Of a stretch of DNA of 64,000 nucleotides, positions 54,703-64,000 are shown piece by piece (within the stretch, counting starts at the first letter, position 1; every line of letters begins with the position of its first letter). This DNA comes from an uncultured virus (IMG/VR IMGVR_UViG_3300031758_000013). Taxonomy: Duplodnaviria > Heunggongvirae > Uroviricota > Caudoviricetes. A program made the position numbers and the translations under genes. The notes under the pieces are model-generated. The model was given only the letters and a program-made list of their open reading frames with translations. It made no database searches and was not told the DNA's origin. Where the stretch lies: IMG/VR virus record IMGVR_UViG_3300031758_000013; one strand, given 5' to 3'.

Positions 54703-57528
54703 CTATCTATTCTCCAGATTAGTAATTTTTTCTTCTAAACTATTTATATGTGTCTGTTGTTCTTTGATTGCTTCAATCAGAAGAGCAACCATATTACCAT
54801 AAGCAACAGATAAAGTATCATCATCTCCGACTCCGCGTTGAACTACTTCTGGTATCACTTCAAGAACCTCCTGAGCAATTACACCAATTTGTTTTTGTCC
54901 GGTGTCTTTTCGAGTATATGAATATCCATTTAATTTTAGAACTTTATCAAGCGCACATGTAATTTTTACAATGTCATCTTTCAGTTTGATATCAGAATAT
55001 GCTGTTACATTGCCGAGCATAGTCAGATCGCCTGTACCAGTCATCTGGAAACAATTGTTTGATGCTGACCATCCACCTATTCTGAAAACGTTATCAGTAC
55101 CAAGTCCCATATTTATGGCGTATGTACTAGTTCTATGGAAGGACATCGCGGCAACGGTAGTTGAGTTGCCTCGAGCAGAAAATGAACCTGTATCATTTGT
55201 AGTATTTACATTATTAGATCCGGATGTTGCTCCTGTGATTAATCCGGCCATTGTAACAGTATTTAAAGACGATGTACCATTAGGATTTGCATAATAATTA
55301 GTATCATCATTATCGTAATATATTGGTGATCGATGCTGAACGTATGAATACACAATCCCAGTAGCATCAATTAAGAAACGCGCCGCGTTTACTGTACTAT
55401 CATAGACATAAAAATCTCTAGTATTGTCATTAGGAAGATCCACTCCGACTTCAAATTGTGTTGTGCCATTTTGAGCTAATCTAATACCAGTGCGTTTATT
55501 AGCAGTGTTTGCTGTATTCAGACGAAGATATGTTTGATTAGAGCTATATAGCTCTAATAATTCTCCAGGATTGTTTGTTCCGATCCCGACGTTGCCTCCT
55601 GCGGCAATGCGCATCTTTTCAGTAGGTGTAGCACCCGATCCCGTCCAGAATTGCAGCGTCGGTGCTGAGCCACCTGCAGAAGAGATCATCGCATAGCGAT
55701 TATCAGATAGGTCAAACGCGCCAGAGATAAATTGCACAGCTCCGGTTGGAGAGCCAGAAGCATTGCGATTGTGGATAAGAACACCAGTTGTCCCGTCCTG
55801 ATCTTTCCGAATATGCAAGGGTTGATCTGGTGCTTGCGTACCAATTCCGACCTTGTCAGTTAAAGCTATAATTGTTGAATTACTTACAGTGCTAATACGA
55901 ATTCCACCATTACCACCAGACCATGGAACAATGGAAAGGTTAGCATTACCAACAGTAGCACCAATAGTTAATATTACAGCATCACCCGAACTGGTTAAAT
56001 TATTCCAAGAACCCGCGGGAGCACGAGGAACTAATCCTAAAGTCTGTGTTCCATTAATAGCACTAATAATATGATTAGCATTCGCTACACCACTAGTATC
56101 AGTTGCAGCTATTTGGCCAGAAGATTTATTAAATGTTAATTGTGATACAGCATTCGCTACACCAGAATCATTAAAAATTACTTGAGTGTTTGATCCAGCG
56201 ACTGGTCCAGTAGATCCTGTAAAACCAATATCACCTTTTGATCCAGCAAATCCTACTGATCCAGAGAATCCGATCGATCCTGCAAATCCAACCGAGCCAA
56301 CAAAACCTACAGATCCTGTAAAACCTGTAGACCCTACAGATCCTGTAAAGCCAATATCACCTTTTGATCCAGCAAATCCTACAGATCCGGTAAAGCCCGT
56401 AGATCCCGTAGAACCAGTAAATCCAATATCACCTTTTGATCCAACAAAACCTACAGATCCAGAGAATCCGATCGATCCAGTAAATCCTATAGAACCAGTA
56501 AATCCAACTGACCCAACGAATCCAACTGACCCAGTGAATCCTCTAGATCCTGTAAATCCTATAGATCCTGTAAATCCAACTGAGCCAACAAAACCTACAG
56601 ATCCAGTGAATCCGATCGATCCAGTAAATCCTATGGATCCAGTGAATCCTGCTGAACCTACAAATCCAGCACCAGTAGATCCTGTGAATCCAATATCACC
56701 TTTTGATCCAACAAATCCTACAGATCCAGTAAAGCCAATATCACCTTTTGATCCTGTGAATCCAATATCACCTTTTGATCCAACAAATCCTACAGATCCT
56801 GTGAATCCGATCGAGCCAGTAAATCCTATGGATCCAACGAATCCTACAGATCCTACAAATCCTACTGATCCAGTGAATCCTCTAGATCCGACAAATCCAA
56901 CTGAACCAGTAAATCCAGCACCAACAGAGCCTGTAAATCCAACACCTTGTGAACCTGTAAATCCTACTGATCCAGTAAATCCAGCTCCAGTTGACCCAGT
57001 AAATCCTGTGCCACCAGATCCGACAAATCCTACTGATCCAGTGAAGCCACCGCCAGTTGACCCAGTAAATCCTATGGATCCTGTGAATCCAATTGATCCT
57101 ACAAATCCAACTGAACCAGTAAAGCCTCCACCGGTTGAACCAGTAAAGCCAGTTCCACCAGATCCGACAAACCCTACTGATCCAGTAAAGCCAGCTCCTG
57201 TAGATCCTGTAAAGCCGACACCCTGAGATCCGACAAACCCTACAGATCCAGTAAATCCTGCACCAACTGAACCAGTAAATCCAGTACCACCAGATCCAGT
57301 AAATCCGGTTGAACCTGCTGAACCAGTAAAGCCTCCACCGGTTGAACCAGTAAAGCCAGTTCCACCAGATCCGACAAACCCTACTGATCCAGTAAAGCCA
57401 GCTCCTGCGCCCCAGTATGTTGATGTGCCATTACTAAGCAATGCCTGTCCGGATCCACCTATAGATCCATTCGCAAGAACGCCTTTTACAGATAAATTAT
57501 TAAATAAATGAAGTGTATCTTTAGACAT
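54703..57528 (-). CDS. Tail fibre with Gly-X-Y (GFTGSx) repeats and C-terminal peptidase S74 intramolecular chaperone
   Basis: Long GFTGS repeat, VGIGT..P repeats, YSDIKLKDDI...IGVIAQEV...LLIEAIKE. Confidence 0.88.
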   Translation of the reverse strand: MSKDTLHLFNNLSVKGVLANGSIGGSGQALLSNGTSTYWGAGAGFTGSVGFVGSGGTGFTGSTGGGFTGSAGSTGFTGSGGTGFTGSVGAGFTGSVGFVGSQGVGFTGSTGAGFTGSVGFVGSGGTGFTGSTGGGFTGSVGFVGSIGFTGSIGFTGSTGGGFTGSVGFVGSGGTGFTGSTGAGFTGSVGFTGSQGVGFTGSVGAGFTGSVGFVGSRGFTGSVGFVGSVGFVGSIGFTGSIGFTGSVGFVGSKGDIGFTGSKGDIGFTGSVGFVGSKGDIGFTGSTGAGFVGSAGFTGSIGFTGSIGFTGSVGFVGSVGFTGSIGFTGSRGFTGSVGFVGSVGFTGSIGFTGSIGFSGSVGFVGSKGDIGFTGSTGSTGFTGSVGFAGSKGDIGFTGSVGSTGFTGSVGFVGSVGFAGSIGFSGSVGFAGSKGDIGFTGSTGPVAGSNTQVIFNDSGVANAVSQLTFNKSSGQIAATDTSGVANANHIISAINGTQTLGLVPRAPAGSWNNLTSSGDAVILTIGATVGNANLSIVPWSGGNGGIRISTVSNSTIIALTDKVGIGTQAPDQPLHIRKDQDGTTGVLIHNRNASGSPTGAVQFISGAFDLSDNRYAMISSAGGSAPTLQFWTGSGATPTEKMRIAAGGNVGIGTNNPGELLELYSSNQTYLRLNTANTANKRTGIRLAQNGTTQFEVGVDLPNDNTRDFYVYDSTVNAARFLIDATGIVYSYVQHRSPIYYDNDDTNYYANPNGTSSLNTVTMAGLITGATSGSNNVNTTNDTGSFSARGNSTTVAAMSFHRTSTYAINMGLGTDNVFRIGGWSASNNCFQMTGTGDLTMLGNVTAYSDIKLKDDIVKITCALDKVLKLNGYSYTRKDTGQKQIGVIAQEVLEVIPEVVQRGVGDDDTLSVAYGNMVALLIEAIKEQQTHINSLEEKITNLENR
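56205..57405 (-). repeat. Degenerate 18-nt coding repeat (GF[T/V]GS[V/I/T])
   Basis: About 1.2 kb of tandem hexapeptide repeats. Confidence 0.9.
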
Positions 57529-58786
57529 TCGACATTGCTACCATTAAAGTATTTGCAATATTGTCTGACATATATCCAAATTCATTTGGATTTGAAACAA
57601 ATACTGCGCTAGTAATATATTTATCGAACGCTACAGAAGATGTTATTATAGAATTTCCATTTCTGCTTACACTGATTCCATTGGCATTATAGTTAAATAC
57701 TAGTTTATTTGTTGCTTGTTGAGATCCACAGTTAACTGTATTAATAAAAACATTGTTTGAAGAATCTATATAGATTTTATTATTAGAATTACTAGAATTT
57801 AAACTCAAGATAGTATTTCCCGCGGCGACTGCACTCCAATTAATATACATCGCGCCTTCATCTTGATCATACGTATGAAATGGTACATATTCTTTTAATT
57901 CAAAATCTTTAACATACAGTCTATTATTAATATCACCGAATCCGAATGATACATGAGCAGTATCTGAAGTAGCAGAAAATATGATAGAGAAAGATGTATC
58001 AGTTGCAGTGGCAAAATATACACCATAGTTATCAATATTAAACTCAGTACCAATTTGTATTTTTGAAGGACCGGTGTCTCTGTCTTCTGGTGCATATGAA
58101 ATATTAGAGTCTGTAGTATAGTATGCATTTCCAGATAAGATATAATTTTTACCTGGTGACAGATTAAGTATTTGTGTTTGGCAATTATTCTTTTGTCCAG
58201 AAGAAACAATAACTTGATAGTCGTCATCTGCTACTAACAGACTTCCATTTGTAGCAGACCAGTCTGTTAGTATGTTGTTCTTTGTTTTTATAGGTCCCAT
58301 CACACCGGAAGTAACATAAGCATTTGCATACGTAAATATGTTATTATTTGATTGGCGAATGGTGATATTATTAGCGCCGCTGAAATAAATCCCAAGTCCT
58401 TCTTCAGTGAGAATGTTTCTTCCGGAAAGAGTATTCTCAGAATATAAGTTGCATGCTATAGAATTTCTTTCAATACTAAATGTAGTTGGTATAGCAGTAG
58501 GAGTGACACTCACAGTGCCAACATTATTAGAAATAGACGTTACAAATTCGAGTGGAGTAATTCCAGATTTAGCCAAAGCAATTTGCTCTTCAGAAGTCTG
58601 AATTCCATCATGACTAATATCAAGTGTAGAATACCAACTAGTATTTCCAGATATTACATTGATTTTATAATAAATTATTTTTTCAGTTGGCAAATCAAAT
58701 GTATCTAGTATCTGTGCACTAAGAGTAGTAGAAGTGTAATTAATAGTTTCCATTATACATCCGTTATTGTACCGGTCAGTACCCAT
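57521..58786 (-). CDS. Virion structural protein (Ser/Thr/Asn-rich, beta-rich)
   Basis: Composition and position among fibre genes. Confidence 0.55.
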   Translation of the reverse strand: MGTDRYNNGCIMETINYTSTTLSAQILDTFDLPTEKIIYYKINVISGNTSWYSTLDISHDGIQTSEEQIALAKSGITPLEFVTSISNNVGTVSVTPTAIPTTFSIERNSIACNLYSENTLSGRNILTEEGLGIYFSGANNITIRQSNNNIFTYANAYVTSGVMGPIKTKNNILTDWSATNGSLLVADDDYQVIVSSGQKNNCQTQILNLSPGKNYILSGNAYYTTDSNISYAPEDRDTGPSKIQIGTEFNIDNYGVYFATATDTSFSIIFSATSDTAHVSFGFGDINNRLYVKDFELKEYVPFHTYDQDEGAMYINWSAVAAGNTILSLNSSNSNNKIYIDSSNNVFINTVNCGSQQATNKLVFNYNANGISVSRNGNSIITSSVAFDKYITSAVFVSNPNEFGYMSDNIANTLMVAMSNV

Positions 58787-61700
58787 TTCTGAGCAGACGA
58801 ACCAAGGTTAATTCCTCCACCGACACTCAAAGCAGCCGCATTACCCTTCACATAACCTCTTGGTTGAGTTCCGGTGAATGATGAACCACTAGCTCCCCAG
58901 TCTGCAGGAGTTCCATCTGTGGCTACAATGCTGTTATGATTAGCCGCTGTGTTAAGGTTCACGAACTCATCTGTCATATAGAACAGGCCGAGTTGGCCAT
59001 TCAATAAGCCAGATCCAGTAGGCGGCGAGGTGTCATTTTGGCCCATGATCGCCATTGATGTTCTAAGGTTGCCAATATCATCATTCTTTAATTGCGCGAC
59101 TGCTGGGAATGGGTCTAACTCTTTCCCTTGCATAATAAAGTATCTGCCTGTGGTCATATTTATAGAGAACACCCACAACATCTTAGTAACATCAGAGGAA
59201 TTTGCTGCGAGTTGAGTGAATATGCCACTGCTATTAATATCACAAATGGCTGTAGAGCCGGCATTCTTGTAACGATAGCCAATTCTTCCGCTGGTCCCGT
59301 ATTTGCGAATAGTAAAGTCGACGCCGTTACTCTCAGCATAATAACAATCAGTCGAATCAGTACCAGTGAAGTTAGCATAGAATGCCATTGTGAGAGCGCG
59401 TCTATTGGTCATTCCAAGCAGAGGAGCAGATCCTGATAGTTGCAACCAATCATTTGTACCGTCAAACTGTGTTAGAGCTGGATTTGTTCCAGCTGCATTG
59501 GTTGTTTTAGGCTTAGTAAATGTTGGATAAGAGCCATGGCTGCGTGTTGACCAGTTATAGCCCGTGCCTATCGCGCCGATTCCATCAGATGTATAATATG
59601 AGCCGGCTTTAGGAGTCAGTCGAGCGACAACATTTTGAAGAGTAAGATCGTTGAACGTAGGCCCATCAAAGTGGAAGTCGTAGCAATTTAGATCGCTTGA
59701 AACCACACTGCCCAACCCAGCAGGTTGAGCATTTACATTATCCCAACTATTTGCAATAAAGTCTGAATGTATACCATTAACATTAGATGCTCCAAGAGAG
59801 TATCCTGGGAAAATGTTCTTACACGCATATGATCCAGCACCAAGATCATGATAATTAAGACCAGGAGTAAGAGAACTTCCGCTAAGATTGTCTTTAACTA
59901 CTGTATTATAGAATGTAGCAAAATTACCATATGAAATTTCGAGTCCAATACCATCTTGAGCCGAACATATGTTCCATGCAAATATTGCATTTACATAATT
60001 CATAGATGTGCCTGATGGATCATTAAACTTAGGTCCAGAAGCTGCAGCATAAGAACCCTTTGCGGTGAATCTGCGATCAACAGCTGATAGCATCTTATTA
60101 CCCACAACAATAGGAGTCCAAGCCGAGCTCGCCGAGAACCCTAATGTAGAAGAGTGAGGAGAACCCGGATCACTACTAATTGCCCAAGTTCCCATAGTAT
60201 CATTATGACGATAGTAAATGGTTCCTCCGGCCTCACAGGCCATTTCACACGGATTCTGATAGCTATCAATAACTGTATTATTTTCAATATAATTGACAGA
60301 AGAAGCAGCACCAACTACTGAATGTCCACGGTAAGTGTCGTGAATATAATTATTATGGAAATTAAAGTTGGTCATCGCTGTTGAACCATTAATACCACGA
60401 TAGCCTTGGAAATACAGCGAGCCGCTCGATCCATCTTGCATTGTGATACCAGCAAGAGGATTTGAACTAATTTCGCAATACGCAACTTCAAGATTAGTAG
60501 AACTGGAAGTCTCTAATACTCCTCCTGTACTATAAGCTGAGGTGCTGTTAGGTGCTAATCGAGTAATCTTTAAACCAAGTATTTTACAATCTGTGGTAGT
60601 AGTAGCAATCAATCCAGCCTGGAGATGTGGTACACCATATGTTTGTCCACGTAATGTTATTCCAGTTTTGCCAGCAATGCTTGCTTGAGCCGAAAATGTG
60701 CCGGTGTCAGACAGTACAATTATTTGACCTGTTGTGGCTGCTGTTACGGCGCTCGACAACTCGGCATCAGTAGTTACAAAGTAATCTGGCCATCTGCTTC
60801 CAGATACATCCGTAACAGCGGCTGAACCTACAGGAGCAAACTTACCAGAATTCGTACCGGCGGTACAAGATCCCCAGTTATGACCTGCAGCGGCATTCCA
60901 CTGTGAAGCGGTGCCAGTAAGGAACACAAGTGGTTGAGAACCGGTTGGCCCTTTACCAGTTGGTCCAATGTTAGCCGGATCAAACTTAGAACGATTAAGT
61001 GCAGAAGTAATATCAACTGCCGCGGCAATGTTAAGATATAATGCACCAAGTTGTATAGGAACTGTTGATACACTTGATACTATCCCCATAGGATAAAGAG
61101 TAACTGCATGACTATACCCTACAGTTACACCAGATCCGCCGCTCCAGGTACTAGATCCACCTTTGGCAGAGGCGCCATCTAGATATACATATGATCCCGT
61201 AGCAGAAACAGGATCATCTAAATTCCACGAAAATATGATATCATGATAATTATCATCGCATACTGAACCAGCAGTATCTATGTTAGCTATTACTGTTCCG
61301 GCCGCATTACGCAATCTTATCCGCATTCGACCTGTGGTTGATAGTATGGAACACTGAACTCTAGCACTTCCCGAATTGGAAGCAAATATGTGTTGTTCTG
61401 CCGCCGGAATGCTGGGCACTTTAAATCGCATAAGTGCTAAAGTGCCTGTAGCACCATCAGAACCTAATGCAACTCCCGAAGAAGAAAGCCGGAAAGTATC
61501 AGGCGTTGTTTCATCAAATTGAACAATAGGATAAGTTGCTGTTGAAACTGTCACAGAAGTAAACGTTGCAACTGTAGATGTTCCCCCAGAAGGAGTTAGT
61601 GTTACTGTAGCAGTTGTCACGGTAGAACCCGTACTCGCGTTTGTTACATTAACACGCACGTATTTCCCACGAGTATATGTTCCAGGCGCAGATGTTGCAC

Positions 61701-63588
61701 TCGTTGCTCCAGTACCAGCTGAATCATCAGCAAATTGGTATGTTCCATTTGTAATTGATATACTACCAGTAGTAGAAGATCCTACAATTAATCTCCAAGC
61801 TGAAGACGAAGATCCACTTAAAGTTTGATCTAATAGATCAGCAAAATCGACAAATACTGGCTCTTTAGTAATATCTGTAGTTTCATTTACATAATCTAAA
61901 TACCCATCAGTTCCACCCGCGCCTTTGCCGGCATAAGCTATCAGCGGCGCAAAAGCGGCAAGAATAGCGGCTTTGGTAGTAGGCCAAGAACCAGGCGCGC
62001 CAGCATCCGATGGAGGACTAGTAAACACAGAAGTATAAGGAATTGTAGCACCGAGTAATCCAACTTGAATATTTCCCGTGCTTGCTACTGCAGGATCATT
62101 ACTAATACTTTCACTAATATTACTTCCAAAGAAGCACTGTTCTGCGCCACTCTCAGAAAATGAAGATAAAATTGGTGAAATATTTCGTGCAGTATCTTCA
62201 CGATTAAATCTTACAATAGTATTACGATAAATGTAACCATTTTCAACATGAGGACATGTTAAACCATTAACCATTGCGGTTGATGCTACTATATTACCAA
62301 CAATTCTTAAATTACGATATTTGTATCCATCATCTGATTCCATAAAAATACCTTGAGTACTTCCACGAGTATCACCAGAATAGTAAATATTACGTTCAAT
62401 TATAAGAGGAGCAGTCCAATCTGCTGTAGCTCCTACAGGAATCCAAGTTTGAATAAAGTCTGAGTGTGGATCACCAGCATCTCCTCCACTCGCGAACGAG
62501 CGTGAACTAATAGTGTCTTTAATAGTAATAGATTTATTGCCACCTTGTGAACCTGGTATTACCCAATGGTCTCTATAGATACGATCTGACATACAATTCG
62601 TAATACTTAAATCTGATGATTGACTGAAAGAAACAGCACTATCAAGATCACGAAATTCACATTGATCCCACGATTGAAGAGCATTAAATGTTAATCCGCC
62701 AGCACACGAAACACCAGGAACTGTATATAGAGTCATCTTGGCCTGGCCAGTCCAAGTTATAACTTTAGAAAGAGCTCCAGTTGATCCATTTACCGCTGTA
62801 GTCGCTGTAGAAGTACCACCAGACGTGATTGTAGTGCCAGTAATAATACCACCAGACACAGTCATAGTGCAAACCGGAGCAACAGAAAATGTTGCTACGC
62901 CAGAAACATTATTAAATGTCAGACTATGCGTACCATCAGATACTAAACCGGCAACATTATTACGACTGATAATAAGTGATGTAACAACTCCTGAATCATT
63001 AAATTGAGGTAGTATGCATGCATATTCTGGATAATTGGTATTACAATTGTAATCATTATCGTAAAGAAGTCCTGTACTACCCGGTCCGCCGTATCCACCT
63101 TTAAATTGACAATTTTGCCAATGATGTGCTCCATATGTTCCAGATGAATAGCGTATCGGTCCCGAAGAGGAATCAGACCATACCGTTGATACAAATTTAA
63201 TATTTTCAAATCGTATATTACCAGTTGATGCTAGTGATAAACGATCCCAGACTGGTGGAACTGCGCTGTTAAGAGCTACAAATTTTACTGTAGTTGTAGG
63301 AAATAATGAAGTTATAGTTCTTGTTCCAAAAGAACCGCTCATAGCAATTGTTTTACCAGAAAGTGTTGCTGATCCTAGCGCTAGTACAGCAGTAAGTTCT
63401 GTATCATCTGTAACATAGTAATCAGGTGCAGCTCCACCACTACCACTAGTATAAGTAGGAATCCAGTCGCTGTCACTGGTATACATGTACAGAGGTCTAT
63501 CTTCCCACGCAGAGCCATTCCAGCGCTGAGCTATCTTCCATTCCCAAGAAGATCCATTCCATTTTTGTACAAACCCACCAAGTGTCAT
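58753..63588 (-). CDS. Large tailspike/depolymerase-like protein with duplicated [beta-helix + LamG-like] units
   Basis: Beta-helix-like repeats, PHSD/PHSS motifs, QFD...L concanavalin-like modules, internal duplication. Confidence 0.65.
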   Translation of the reverse strand: MTLGGFVQKWNGSSWEWKIAQRWNGSAWEDRPLYMYTSDSDWIPTYTSGSGGAAPDYYVTDDTELTAVLALGSATLSGKTIAMSGSFGTRTITSLFPTTTVKFVALNSAVPPVWDRLSLASTGNIRFENIKFVSTVWSDSSSGPIRYSSGTYGAHHWQNCQFKGGYGGPGSTGLLYDNDYNCNTNYPEYACILPQFNDSGVVTSLIISRNNVAGLVSDGTHSLTFNNVSGVATFSVAPVCTMTVSGGIITGTTITSGGTSTATTAVNGSTGALSKVITWTGQAKMTLYTVPGVSCAGGLTFNALQSWDQCEFRDLDSAVSFSQSSDLSITNCMSDRIYRDHWVIPGSQGGNKSITIKDTISSRSFASGGDAGDPHSDFIQTWIPVGATADWTAPLIIERNIYYSGDTRGSTQGIFMESDDGYKYRNLRIVGNIVASTAMVNGLTCPHVENGYIYRNTIVRFNREDTARNISPILSSFSESGAEQCFFGSNISESISNDPAVASTGNIQVGLLGATIPYTSVFTSPPSDAGAPGSWPTTKAAILAAFAPLIAYAGKGAGGTDGYLDYVNETTDITKEPVFVDFADLLDQTLSGSSSSAWRLIVGSSTTGSISITNGTYQFADDSAGTGATSATSAPGTYTRGKYVRVNVTNASTGSTVTTATVTLTPSGGTSTVATFTSVTVSTATYPIVQFDETTPDTFRLSSSGVALGSDGATGTLALMRFKVPSIPAAEQHIFASNSGSARVQCSILSTTGRMRIRLRNAAGTVIANIDTAGSVCDDNYHDIIFSWNLDDPVSATGSYVYLDGASAKGGSSTWSGGSGVTVGYSHAVTLYPMGIVSSVSTVPIQLGALYLNIAAAVDITSALNRSKFDPANIGPTGKGPTGSQPLVFLTGTASQWNAAAGHNWGSCTAGTNSGKFAPVGSAAVTDVSGSRWPDYFVTTDAELSSAVTAATTGQIIVLSDTGTFSAQASIAGKTGITLRGQTYGVPHLQAGLIATTTTDCKILGLKITRLAPNSTSAYSTGGVLETSSSTNLEVAYCEISSNPLAGITMQDGSSGSLYFQGYRGINGSTAMTNFNFHNNYIHDTYRGHSVVGAASSVNYIENNTVIDSYQNPCEMACEAGGTIYYRHNDTMGTWAISSDPGSPHSSTLGFSASSAWTPIVVGNKMLSAVDRRFTAKGSYAAASGPKFNDPSGTSMNYVNAIFAWNICSAQDGIGLEISYGNFATFYNTVVKDNLSGSSLTPGLNYHDLGAGSYACKNIFPGYSLGASNVNGIHSDFIANSWDNVNAQPAGLGSVVSSDLNCYDFHFDGPTFNDLTLQNVVARLTPKAGSYYTSDGIGAIGTGYNWSTRSHGSYPTFTKPKTTNAAGTNPALTQFDGTNDWLQLSGSAPLLGMTNRRALTMAFYANFTGTDSTDCYYAESNGVDFTIRKYGTSGRIGYRYKNAGSTAICDINSSGIFTQLAANSSDVTKMLWVFSINMTTGRYFIMQGKELDPFPAVAQLKNDDIGNLRTSMAIMGQNDTSPPTGSGLLNGQLGLFYMTDEFVNLNTAANHNSIVATDGTPADWGASGSSFTGTQPRGYVKGNAAALSVGGGINLGSSAQKWVLTGTITDV

Positions 63589-63590
63589 AT

Positions 63591-64000
63591 TTAACCGATT
63601 CCTATTACAGTTGCATTATATCCAGTATCTGGAGTTGCTGACTGCAGCCCTCTTACCCACAATTCTGTCCCAGCAGGCAGAGGAGAGTACGCTTGCCACG
63701 TATTACTCGAAAAGAAATCTGAATGTGATTCACCTGTTCCGATACTGGACATATGAGTATTTATTATATTTTTGGTAGTAACATCGCCGTGTGCTAGTTG
63801 TATAAAAAGTGTACCACCAGTAACTACGGTGTTGTTATCATAATTTACTCCAAGTTGCCACCACCAAAGAGGATTTGTTGTAGTTCCTAGACTTGTCCAA
63901 CTACCATACGTTGCATTACCGAGTGTAAAAGAAGTGCCGGTAGTGCCTGATGTATATCCAATAGTTTCTGAAAAGGTTCCTATTGGTGAATTCATAGTGG
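63591..64000 (-). CDS. 3' part of a virion structural protein (truncated by window edge)
   Basis: Thr/Gly-rich open frame upstream of the tailspike-like gene. Confidence 0.55.
   Translation of the reverse strand, partial: TMNSPIGTFSETIGYTSGTTGTSFTLGNATYGSWTSLGTTTNPLWWWQLGVNYDNNTVVTGGTLFIQLAHGDVTTKNIINTHMSSIGTGESHSDFFSSNTWQAYSPLPAGTELWVRGLQSATPDTGYNATVIGIG

Noticed and set aside
56186..57226. 346-aa plus-strand ORF of PVDP/PTDP repeats
   Set aside because: Antisense shadow of the GFTGS repeat in the tail fibre; no credible start or RBS.

Overview
A 64-kb segment of a large, AT-rich T4-like myovirus genome. Almost everything is on the minus strand; the only convincing plus-strand gene is a two-domain endolysin. 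Reading along the minus strand (right to left): tail fibre/depolymerase genes; the T4 morphogenesis block gp13-14-15-16-17-18-19-20-67-21-22-23-3; uvsY-uvsW-gp55-gp47-gp46; peptide deformylase, a MazG-like enzyme and a host-type DUF1800/DUF1501 pair; a cytosine-modification cluster (two PD-(D/E)xK-like nucleases, gp42-type dCMP hydroxymethylase-family enzyme, glycosyltransferases, C5-methyltransferase-like protein); gp45-44-62-regA; a ~10-kb accessory/tRNA island; and hsp20, gp43, uvsX, gp41. An alphaproteobacterial host is inferred, not shown, from the OMP beta-barrel and the DUF1800/DUF1501 pair. The most striking structure lies in the tRNA island. Twice, a tRNA gene is split at its anticodon loop by a cassette made of a late promoter, a homing-endonuclease-like ORF and a complete replacement tRNA of probably the same identity. 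In both cases the endonuclease stop codon lies inside the replacement tRNA. Several unannotated structured-RNA candidates (about 295, 140 and 105 nt) are also present. All protein calls come from motif recognition and synteny, not from database searches.
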